Below are positions 27,746-35,355 of a DNA stretch of 64,000 bases, piece after piece (the stretch's first letter is position 1; each line of letters starts with the position of its first letter). A model generated the notes under the pieces. The model did not search any database. It had not been told where the DNA came from and saw only the letters and a program-made list of their open reading frames with translations. The position numbers were made by a program, and so were the translations under genes. The stretch is from contig JBGTNM010000180.1 in the NCBI GenBank assembly GCA_041743025.1, positions 3,315 through 67,314 of the forward strand, in the 5' to 3' direction. The DNA is from Microcystaceae cyanobacterium (GTDB lineage: Bacteria; Cyanobacteriota; Cyanobacteriia; Cyanobacteriales; Microcystaceae).

Positions 27746-28459
27746 TTAGGTTGCCGCAGAATTATTCTGTCTTTTAAAACTTCTTGCGACACAACCAGAA
27801 GTCTTATCTTTTGCTTTTTTCTTTTCTGGCTTCAGCGCTCTCGATTCTAGTTGTATTTCGGGAATTTCTCGCAATTGTTCCTCGTCTAAACGGTATTGTT
27901 CGCACACGAGACTGAGACGAACGCCAGAACTGGTGACGGGTTTGACAGAATGGGTGAGATCGCCTTGAAAGAAGACTAGGGTGTTTGTACACGGACGGAC
28001 ACGAGCAACGGCACGAGCGCGCGATTCGAGGATCAGTTCTCCCCCTTCTAGAGCGTCCGGAACCTTGACGTAGAGGACGCTAACCACGAGCGGGTTCGCG
28101 ATCGTTTTACAGTAGGAACGGAGGGAGCGATCAATGTGGGGATCGACCCGTGAGCCACTTTCTAACAGTAAAGGATTGAGATAAAAGGCGTTACAGTCGG
28201 CTTGTAAGGCTCGATCGAGGTAGGGTTTAAAGTAGGGAAAATGCTTTTCGACCTCCCCGATACGCGAACGCCGAAAAGCGAGCGAGAAGCCTTTAGTTCT
28301 CACGAAATCCCGATTTAAATTATTGGCCGTGAAGTAGGGACAAGCGAGGATCTGGCCTTGTAATTGGCTAAGGTAGGCCAAGGGAAAAGCGGAGAGGTAT
28401 TGGGAATAGTATGGCACGGATGGCTCCTCAGAAAAACCCAAAGCGCGATCGCTACTCAT
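27746..28459 (-). CDS. 2OG-Fe(II) oxygenase superfamily protein
   Basis: 237 aa. HxD (DPHIDRS), distal His (LTHSVKPV) and Arg (VRLSLV) are arranged as in prolyl-hydroxylase-like dioxygenases. Confidence 0.6.
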   Translation of the reverse strand: MSSDRALGFSEEPSVPYYSQYLSAFPLAYLSQLQGQILACPYFTANNLNRDFVRTKGFSLAFRRSRIGEVEKHFPYFKPYLDRALQADCNAFYLNPLLLESGSRVDPHIDRSLRSYCKTIANPLVVSVLYVKVPDALEGGELILESRARAVARVRPCTNTLVFFQGDLTHSVKPVTSSGVRLSLVCEQYRLDEEQLREIPEIQLESRALKPEKKKAKDKTSGCVARSFKRQNNSAAT

Positions 28460-28738
28460 TAGTAAAGTAATCGCCCAAGTCTCATCAGCGTGAGATTGAT
28501 TCCATTGTAAATGACTAACCTGCCCCTCAAGAGACTCAACCCCTTTAAGGTTTAATGACCGATTACGGTTAGTCTGCTTAGAACGAGAATCTAAGGCTTC
28601 ATAGGTAGCCTCATCGTAACTTGAAGTAAGTTAGGGCATATTTAAAGATAGACTCAAACTGAATAGGTTTTACCATCATGCCGATAGAGCCTAAAATGGA
28701 AACATAACACCAGCCCCAATTGCATTTTAGGTCGAAAA

Positions 28739-30169
28739 ATGGCAGCAGCAGCACAAGCAGTAACGGTTTTCTTTTCTTACTCTCATCAAGACGAAACCTT
28801 TCGCGATGAACTAGCCAAACATCTCAGCATTTTAGAACGTCAGAGCGTAATTTCGGGCTGGCACGATCGCAAGATTCTTCCTGGTGAGGAATGGGATCAC
28901 CAAATTGATGAAAATTTACAGAAGGCTGATATTATTCTCTTGCTTATCAGTTCTGATTTTATCGCTTCTAACTATTGTTGGGATGTCGAAGTTAAAATAT
29001 CGATGCAACGCCATGAAGCAGGCAATGGAGTTGTTATTCCGATTATTCTGCGTCGGGTAGATTGGAGTGGCGCAGTCTTTGGAAAATTGCAATTTTTACC
29101 GAAAAATGCCGATCCTGTGGATTCTTGGAAAAGTCGAGATGATGCCTATCATAATATTACCCAAGGTATTCGCGCCGTTGCCAACCAATTAATTCAAAAA
29201 CGACAGCAACAGAGAATCACCGAAAGCAAACAAGCAGCACTCCAGCAGTACCGTCAAAAAGTAGAAGAATTCGCTGCCGATGGTGAAATTTCCTATGTAG
29301 AAACGGTCATTTTACAGGACTTGCAGCAGCAGTTAGGATTGACAGATGAAGAAGCAGAAGCAGTAAAAAAGGCAGTATTAGAACCGATTGAGCAGTATCA
29401 GAATAATTTAAATCGTTACCGACAGACTTTTATTAATTTGTTGCAAAAAAGCGGTAATAAGTTGCAAACAAAAGAGCGAAATGAATTAAAGAAACTACAA
29501 GATTATTTTAAGTTGCGAGATGAAGATATTATAAAAATTGAGGCAGAACTGACGGCTAACCTTCAAGAAAACGTTCCCTCAAATGTTGTTTCAGAGCGGG
29601 AGAAGACTAAAATTTCTCTACCTCAACCGATACAAACAAAGGAAATTGAACTCAAAAGCGAAAGAGGGGTTAACTATACAGAACTACGCGATTTACTAGC
29701 AGCAGGAGAATGGAAAAAAGCGGATGAAGAAACCGCAAAGGTGATGTTCAAAGTAGCGAATAGAGAAGAAGAGGGATGGTTAAGGGTTGAAGATATTGAT
29801 AGCTTTCCCTGTGAGGACTTAGGGACAATTGATAGACTTTGGGTACACTACAGCAAGGGAAAATTTGGCTTTAGTGTGCAAAAGGAAATTTACCAAAGCT
29901 TAGGCGGGCAGAGAGAGTATAATAAGGAAGTCTGGGAACAGTTTGGAGATGCTGTAGGATGGCGTGTGAAGAAGAAGTGGATATACTACAAAGATATTAC
30001 TTTTAGCTTAGAGGCTCCTCAAGGACACCTCCCTAATGAGGTTCGTTCTATAAAGCTTACAAAAAATTGTGAACAATTATTAAGAGGTGTTTTTCGACGA
30101 AGCTATGCGGGTTCTGGCTTTTCGATACCTGACACCGAGAAACTAACCATCATCCCCCTTTTTTTGTAG
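28739..30169 (+). CDS. TIR domain - coiled coil - GUN4 domain fusion protein
   Basis: 476 aa. N-terminal TIR_2-like domain (VFFSYSHQDETF...ADIILLLISSDFIASNYCWDVEV, with the WxxxE-type glutamate). Central heptad-rich region. C-terminal GUN4 domain (ELRDLLAAGEWKKADEET...FPCEDLGTIDRLWVHYSKGKFGFSVQKEIY...GWR...APQGHLP). Confidence 0.8.
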   Translation: MAAAAQAVTVFFSYSHQDETFRDELAKHLSILERQSVISGWHDRKILPGEEWDHQIDENLQKADIILLLISSDFIASNYCWDVEVKISMQRHEAGNGVVIPIILRRVDWSGAVFGKLQFLPKNADPVDSWKSRDDAYHNITQGIRAVANQLIQKRQQQRITESKQAALQQYRQKVEEFAADGEISYVETVILQDLQQQLGLTDEEAEAVKKAVLEPIEQYQNNLNRYRQTFINLLQKSGNKLQTKERNELKKLQDYFKLRDEDIIKIEAELTANLQENVPSNVVSEREKTKISLPQPIQTKEIELKSERGVNYTELRDLLAAGEWKKADEETAKVMFKVANREEEGWLRVEDIDSFPCEDLGTIDRLWVHYSKGKFGFSVQKEIYQSLGGQREYNKEVWEQFGDAVGWRVKKKWIYYKDITFSLEAPQGHLPNEVRSIKLTKNCEQLLRGVFRRSYAGSGFSIPDTEKLTIIPLFL

Positions 30170-30919
30170 TATGCTGCCGGCAACTTGGGGGTTGTAGCAG
30201 TTGGCAAAAATAAACTTATCTGACACCGCTAAAATTTCTGGTGTCACTCCTTCCCACTCATCCCAGAGGGATAATTGTCCTGGTGAAGACTTTTTAGATT
30301 TCTTTTTGATTTTGACACCCGCCAGTAATTTGCTTCCCCAATGATTGCGCTTTTCAGGTTTCGGTTGCGGACGATATTTTTTGCAAAACCCTCGGTATTT
30401 AGCAGCACATTCGTTTAATGTCTTCCCTAATGACAAAAAAGCTGGATGCCATTGAGTCAAACCGTCATCACTGAGCCTATCATGAGTACCATAATTACTG
30501 AAATCATAAAAGTATCCTGGCTGCATTCCGGCGACTTTGGGATTAGCATGAATGTAGCGCAAAGTATTTAAAGCACGACGCTTATCGGTATTAGCAAACC
30601 CAGTGCTATGATATCGCTTTTCCCAAAAATGTCCGGTTCGATTGAGCATTCGATTGAAACACATAGCAGTATACCAATTCAACCAGTGCATGATTTTGGG
30701 TAAATCCTCTGGTTGCTTCGGTTCGATGAGATAATGGATATGATTGCTCATCACGCAGAGAGCAAAGAGTTTAAACTGATATTTATCTATGGCTTTTTTG
30801 ATCGCAAATAGAAGTACCTGACGACACTCTAGGCGAGTTAGACGAAACTCTCGATTATTACAGCGAGTCGTGACATGATAGGAGGAATCAGGCAGTAATT
30901 GTCGGGGTTGACGAGGCAT
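30143..30919 (-). CDS. REP-associated tyrosine transposase (RAYT, IS200/Y1 HUH family)
   Basis: 258 aa. YHVTTRCNNREF; HUH motif MSNHIHYLIEP; catalytic Tyr motif LRYIHANPKVAG. Confidence 0.8.
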   Translation of the reverse strand: MPRQPRQLLPDSSYHVTTRCNNREFRLTRLECRQVLLFAIKKAIDKYQFKLFALCVMSNHIHYLIEPKQPEDLPKIMHWLNWYTAMCFNRMLNRTGHFWEKRYHSTGFANTDKRRALNTLRYIHANPKVAGMQPGYFYDFSNYGTHDRLSDDGLTQWHPAFLSLGKTLNECAAKYRGFCKKYRPQPKPEKRNHWGSKLLAGVKIKKKSKKSSPGQLSLWDEWEGVTPEILAVSDKFIFANCYNPQVAGSILQKKGDDG

Positions 30920-31039
30920 TAGGGATTTTTATGAGAATAGACATAGTGTAGATTTTAGATTGTCATGTTCTCTTCTCTCGCGTCGAGACTTGCAGACTGT
31001 AAGATATAATCATTACAAGCAATAAAAAGGAGATAATAA

Positions 31040-31222
31040 TTGCCAACAGAAAAACAAAAAGACACCGCTATTTTTATCTGTCAGTTACTTTCTAATCTTT
31101 ATCAACCCATCAATTTATTTCGTTACGATCGCAGGCTCAAAATTATCTATATCTTAGCTGGAATTAATGATGGTTTAGAAATTATTATTGATCGAGAAGG
31201 GAATTGGGATTTTGAATCATGA
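31040..31222 (+). CDS. Small hypothetical protein, first member of ATGA-coupled pair 1
   Basis: 60 aa, TTG start in the track. Its TGA stop (31220-31222) overlaps the ATG of the next ORF (31219-31221). Confidence 0.45.
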   Translation: MPTEKQKDTAIFICQLLSNLYQPINLFRYDRRLKIIYILAGINDGLEIIIDREGNWDFES

Positions 31223-31419
31223 AAAAATTACTGTCTGCAATGAACAACGCTGAACTACGTCAATATTTATCTGAAAATCGCAATAATGAAACAGCGTTTA
31301 GTGAAGCTTTAGAAGTATTAATGAGTCGTAAACAAAATAGCTTCAAGTACCCACCCCCTGACGAGATGAGTTATGAGGAAGTTGAGGCAATTTTTAAGGC
31401 AAAATTAAGTCAAGAATAG
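31219..31419 (+). CDS. Small hypothetical protein, second member of pair 1
   Basis: 66 aa. MKKLLSAMNNAELRQYLSENRNNETAFSEAL resembles a recurrent cyanobacterial small-protein family (recall only). Confidence 0.5.
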   Translation: MKKLLSAMNNAELRQYLSENRNNETAFSEALEVLMSRKQNSFKYPPPDEMSYEEVEAIFKAKLSQE

Positions 31420-31471
31420 GCTGAGAATTGGTAGAATTAGATAAATCATAATATACCTAAATCAAACTCAG

Positions 31472-31657
31472 GTGGAACCAACCGAAGAACAATATCTTAT
31501 CCTCAATGCCCTTGAAACTCTAGGAATTTTACTATTTAGAGTTTATGATGAAGATAACGGAGCGTGGTTATTGATTACCACTAGTACGATTTTACCCAGA
31601 TCCTATCTATTGCCTAACGGTGAAATAGTTCCTATTGAATGGATGTTAGAACCATGA
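31472..31657 (+). CDS. Small hypothetical protein, first member of ATGA-coupled pair 2
   Basis: 61 aa, GTG start. Its TGA stop at 31655-31657 overlaps the ATG at 31654. Confidence 0.4.
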   Translation: MEPTEEQYLILNALETLGILLFRVYDEDNGAWLLITTSTILPRSYLLPNGEIVPIEWMLEP

Positions 31658-31920
31658 GAGAACCCACAGAATTAGAAAAACAACGATATGACAGAATTGG
31701 AGAAATTGCTGCTAGAGGAAGACAACGCTATTTAGAAGCAGGAGGAGATCCTAAACGGAGTCCTAGTGGTTACAAAGGAGATGATTATTTAACTGATGAA
31801 GAAAGACAAGAAATATTACAGCTTGCGCGTCAAGTTTTTGGTGTAACCAGACAAGATAATCAGATTTTTTGTCAAGGAAAAACTTGGACAGTAACACAGC
31901 GATCAGTATCTACGAAATAA
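31654..31920 (+). CDS. Small hypothetical protein, second member of pair 2
   Basis: The track ORF starts at 31639. An internal ATG at 31654 gives MREPTELEKQRYDRIGEIAARGRQRYLEAGG and an ATGA overlap with the upstream ORF. Confidence 0.45.
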   Translation: MREPTELEKQRYDRIGEIAARGRQRYLEAGGDPKRSPSGYKGDDYLTDEERQEILQLARQVFGVTRQDNQIFCQGKTWTVTQRSVSTK

Positions 31921-31932
31921 AGAATTTTAACG

Positions 31933-32151
31933 ATGCAATTTGAAATGTTTTCCGAAGTTAGATTAAAAGAAGCTCTACCGGAGTACAATATTGCTCAAAA
32001 TAGTTCAGCTATTATTGTAGATTATCTCCCCAGACCAGAAGGACAAGAAGATGGTTATATTTTAGAAGTATTAGATAACAAAAGTCAAGGATATACGGTT
32101 ATTGCCGTTACCGCTTCTAAAATTGAACCTGTCATTGTTCGTGCAATTTAA
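31933..32151 (+). CDS. Small hypothetical protein (DUF4926-like)
   Basis: 72 aa. MQFEMFSEVRLKEALPEYNI...GYILEVLDNKSQGYTVIAV matches my recollection of the DUF4926 small-protein family. Confidence 0.5.
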   Translation: MQFEMFSEVRLKEALPEYNIAQNSSAIIVDYLPRPEGQEDGYILEVLDNKSQGYTVIAVTASKIEPVIVRAI

Positions 32152-32188
32152 CTCGGATGAATGATAGGTTTCCTTACATCAACCCAAC

Positions 32189-33259
32189 CTACCAGTTTAA
32201 ACTTGCCTGCTGCAATATCAATTTTTGTACCTTGCTTATAGTAGGATTGACTTCATAGACTCGCTGCTGGCAATTGTTTAAATATGCCTGTTGTTCTTGT
32301 TCGATCATAACAACATCTTGCTGCACTAATCCATTGAGCATTTTTTGCGCCGAACCAAATAAACTGTTTTTAATTAACTGCCGAAACCAGATAGGTAACT
32401 TATGCAATCGCCAAAAAGCATTGAGAGAGGTAAAATGAATTAAATAAGCACGAGTATGGGTTTCGTTAATAGGACAAAACAAGCAATAAATCTTAAAATC
32501 TTTGCCTAACGTTGACACCCAATGAGGATAAATATAACTTACTGTTAATACTTCAGGGTGAAGGCGGCGCAGGACAGGAAAAAACAACTGAGAAATTGAC
32601 CAAATTTTATCTATTTTATAATAACTTTGGGCTTCATAATGAGCATCTACTCGACTTTCATTGGCTTCTAGCTGTTCTAATTTGGCTGATGTCCATGCTT
32701 GATAATTATCATGTAAATGCCCATGATACATATCCATTAAATTTTCAATTAAAAAAGAAAAATGCGCCTGACAGTCAATTATAGAAACCGTTGCAATATA
32801 ATTGAGATGATTCCATTCAGGAATTCCTAACGGTTCAGGAAGATTTTCTAATAATTCTTTTCCTTGCTCTAAAAATAACCAGATAAATCCGTCTAATTCT
32901 CTAACAAAATAACTTTTAATTTGGCAATTAGGCAATTTTTGATTGTCTGCTAAATAAGGAATAAGTTGACACTTTCCCTCACTGTCAAACTGCCAGCCAT
33001 GATAAGCACATTCTAGGTTATTTTCGCTGACTTTTCCGGCACTTAATTTAACTTGGCGGTGAGGACAACGATCTTCTAAAGCGTGAATATTCCCGTCGCT
33101 ATCTCGATAGAGAACAATCGATTGATACCACAGCATTACACCTAACGGTTTGTCAATCACTTCGCTACTACGTGCCACAACATACCAGTGACTAGCATTA
33201 ATGCCACAAGTACGAATGTTAAAAGACTGTGTGGTAAATTGGAAAGTAGGAGACATCAT
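32189..33259 (-). CDS. Rieske [2Fe-2S] non-haem iron oxygenase (PaO/Tic55-like, ring-hydroxylating alpha-subunit type)
   Basis: 356 aa. Rieske motif CPHRQVKLS...CAYHGWQF. Mononuclear iron region ENLMDMYHGHLHD. Confidence 0.85.
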   Translation of the reverse strand: MMSPTFQFTTQSFNIRTCGINASHWYVVARSSEVIDKPLGVMLWYQSIVLYRDSDGNIHALEDRCPHRQVKLSAGKVSENNLECAYHGWQFDSEGKCQLIPYLADNQKLPNCQIKSYFVRELDGFIWLFLEQGKELLENLPEPLGIPEWNHLNYIATVSIIDCQAHFSFLIENLMDMYHGHLHDNYQAWTSAKLEQLEANESRVDAHYEAQSYYKIDKIWSISQLFFPVLRRLHPEVLTVSYIYPHWVSTLGKDFKIYCLFCPINETHTRAYLIHFTSLNAFWRLHKLPIWFRQLIKNSLFGSAQKMLNGLVQQDVVMIEQEQQAYLNNCQQRVYEVNPTISKVQKLILQQASLNW

Positions 33260-33282
33260 TTAGCCAAAATACAATTAATCTC

Positions 33283-33307
33283 GTAGGGTGGGCATTGCCC
33301 ACCTTAT
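33283..33307 (+). repeat. REP-like palindromic repeat, copy 1 (GTAGGGTGGGCATTGCCCACCTTAT)
   Basis: Identical 25-mer also at 35135-35159. The core GGTGGGCA-T-TGCCCACC is a perfect 8+8 inverted repeat. It lies 24 nt upstream of the Rieske gene start. Confidence 0.85.
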
Positions 33308-33402
33308 CTTATGTTAATTTAAGCTAGGTATGGCTTAGTCTCTAAATTTTAAGTCAATAATATTATAGAATAACGCAATCAATCTATAATAAAAAGTGAC
33401 TC

Positions 33403-33876
33403 ATGGACAGCCATTGGGAAACGGTTCAAGGAAACATTGTAGCAGGGTATCAAGTTGCTTCTGGTAGAGCAAAAGATAGCCCTTATCCGCAAGGAACGAT
33501 ACAGATGCAAACCCCTTACTTTCAAAAGCTGGGGTTAGATATTACTGCGTTGTTTTCCGGTACGTTAAATGTTTCCATTCACCCTTATACATTTTGCCTA
33601 AAAAATCCTGAGTATTTTTTTCAGCAAGTAAAATGGAGTCTTAATCATGCTGCTGAAGATTTTTCTTTTTCTCGTTGCTATTTGACTTATCGTCAATGCC
33701 AGTATGCAAGTTTAATTTATTATCCTCATCCAGAAACGAAATTAAGACATTTTCAAGATACTTCAACCTTAGAAATTCTTGCGCCGCCGATTCCTCAAAT
33801 TCAATCTGGCGATCGTGTTGCGGTTACCATTAATATACGAGAAATAGAATTGGCAGTATCTAAGCGATCGCACTGA
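33403..33876 (+). CDS. Hypothetical protein
   Basis: 157 aa ORF in an otherwise empty interval. No motif recognised. Confidence 0.5.
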   Translation: MDSHWETVQGNIVAGYQVASGRAKDSPYPQGTIQMQTPYFQKLGLDITALFSGTLNVSIHPYTFCLKNPEYFFQQVKWSLNHAAEDFSFSRCYLTYRQCQYASLIYYPHPETKLRHFQDTSTLEILAPPIPQIQSGDRVAVTINIREIELAVSKRSH

Positions 33877-33995
33877 TATTTTTGGAGATAGCGCGTGTTT
33901 GCAGCCCTAATAACTAGAGATTTTCTCCTGTCGTCTGTGGATTTCTAATATTACAATTAAATAAACCTTGCGCTCAAAGCACTCACGAATTTTTT

Positions 33996-34364
33996 ATGAG
34001 TATCATTTTAGTAGCCGATGACAGCCCCGCGCAACGCCAAATGATTGCTGACTTACTCTCTGAAAATGGTTTCTCGGTGACGACTGCTAACGATGGGATG
34101 GAAGCATTAGACAAAGTGGCTCAATCTCCCCCCGATCTAATCATTCTAGACGTTATTATGCCGCAAATCAACGGCTACGAGGTCTGCCGCCGCCTCAAAG
34201 CCGATCCCAAAACTAGTCACATTCCGGTGATTCTCTGTTCAACCAAAAGTACCCAAGTCGATCATTACTGGGGGTTGAAACAAGGCGCAGATGCTTATGT
34301 TGTCAAACCCTTTCCGCCTAACGAATTAATTGGAACAGTCAAACAGTTGTTTAGAAATCTTTAA
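33996..34364 (+). CDS. Single-domain response regulator (CheY-like receiver)
   Basis: 122 aa. ILVADDS, phospho-acceptor LIILDVIMP, CSTKS, KPF. Confidence 0.9.
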   Translation: MSIILVADDSPAQRQMIADLLSENGFSVTTANDGMEALDKVAQSPPDLIILDVIMPQINGYEVCRRLKADPKTSHIPVILCSTKSTQVDHYWGLKQGADAYVVKPFPPNELIGTVKQLFRNL

Positions 34365-35130
34365 TATTTTTTAGTTCCCAAGCTTGCCAAAAAGTATAAA
34401 CGGCTAAAATGGCTAACAAACAATAAAAGCAAAAACGAACGATTCTATCGGGTAATTGGGGTAAAAAACGGGTGCTAATTTGTGCGCCGATGAGTCCACC
34501 CATCCCCAAAAAAATGCCTGCCTCAAAGACGACATTGCCACTCAAAGCGTGTCCGATACAGGCAGAAATTGCCGTAATGACAATCACCCCTAAACTAGTT
34601 TGAATGGCGACTTTAATGGGTTCATTTAATAACCACATTTGCAAAGGAACCATAATCACGCCACCTCCAATGCCAAATAATCCTGCTAATAATCCGGCTG
34701 CTCCTCCCGTTGCTAAACGCGCTAGCATGGGTGATATTTGTGGATTATCGCTAAGCTGGTTAGTTGTTAGTTTTCGACGTAAGTTACCTAAATAAATATT
34801 AATAATCAGAAAAACAGCAAAAGCCGTTAAAAGTAGGTGAGCAGGCAAGCGATCGGCGATATAAACCCCTATTTGAGCCGTGATTAAAGCAGGAAATGCT
34901 AAGAGAATAACGCGCCGCAGATCCAAATAACCCATACGCCAATTCTGAATACTGCCTGAAACCGAAGTAATAATAATCGCTAAACTACTCGTTGCCACTG
35001 CTTGTAAGGGAGTATAGTTAAGCGCGACTAAAATAGGCACCAAAACCGTACCGCCGCCAATGCCTAATAATCCAGCCAACAGCCCCGAAAAAAGTCCACC
35101 AACGCTCAAAATCCACCCATTACTTAGCAT
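34351..35130 (-). CDS. TauE/SafE family sulfite/anion exporter membrane protein
   Basis: Polytopic, with duplicated GxGGG motifs (LGIGGGTVLVP, FGIGGGVIMVP). The start was moved from 35154 to ATG 35130 because the first 8 codons (MGNAHPTR) are the translation of the REP palindrome. Confidence 0.85.
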   Translation of the reverse strand: MLSNGWILSVGGLFSGLLAGLLGIGGGTVLVPILVALNYTPLQAVATSSLAIIITSVSGSIQNWRMGYLDLRRVILLAFPALITAQIGVYIADRLPAHLLLTAFAVFLIINIYLGNLRRKLTTNQLSDNPQISPMLARLATGGAAGLLAGLFGIGGGVIMVPLQMWLLNEPIKVAIQTSLGVIVITAISACIGHALSGNVVFEAGIFLGMGGLIGAQISTRFLPQLPDRIVRFCFYCLLAILAVYTFWQAWELKNIKDF

Positions 35131-35134
35131 CCGA

Positions 35135-35159
35135 GTAGGGTGGGCATTGCCCACCTTAT
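35135..35159 (+). repeat. REP-like palindromic repeat, copy 2
   Basis: Identical 25-mer to 33283-33307, in the same orientation, immediately upstream of the TauE start. Confidence 0.85.
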
Positions 35160-35355
35160 TTTTATCTTTGATGTCGGCTTGAAGACTCTCGGTTTTACCG
35201 ATGAGATGAAAAGCCGACCAGCAAAAAACCGTGAAGCACTCCTGAAGATTAACTCAAGGCTTAGAACTAAAATTGTCAATAAATGTGACAAAAATAATCT
35301 ATAAAGTCAAGTTGTATATAAAATAAAAAATAGGTCGAATGTGAAAGATAAATTA

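Noticed and set aside
27614-27992. Track ORFs 27614-27850(+) and 27804-27992(-).
   Set aside because: They overlap the 3' ends of the hydroxylase and 2OG oxygenase genes in alternative frames, and no motif supports them.
28460-28630. A 57-codon open in-frame extension upstream of the 2OG oxygenase ATG.
   Set aside because: It contains no ATG, GTG or TTG codon, so it cannot be translated as an N-terminal extension. It is treated as a chance open frame.
35131-35154. The N-terminal extension MGNAHPTR on the TauE ORF.
   Set aside because: These codons are the translation of the REP-like palindrome, and the identical 25-mer is non-coding at 33283. The ATG at 35130 was used instead.
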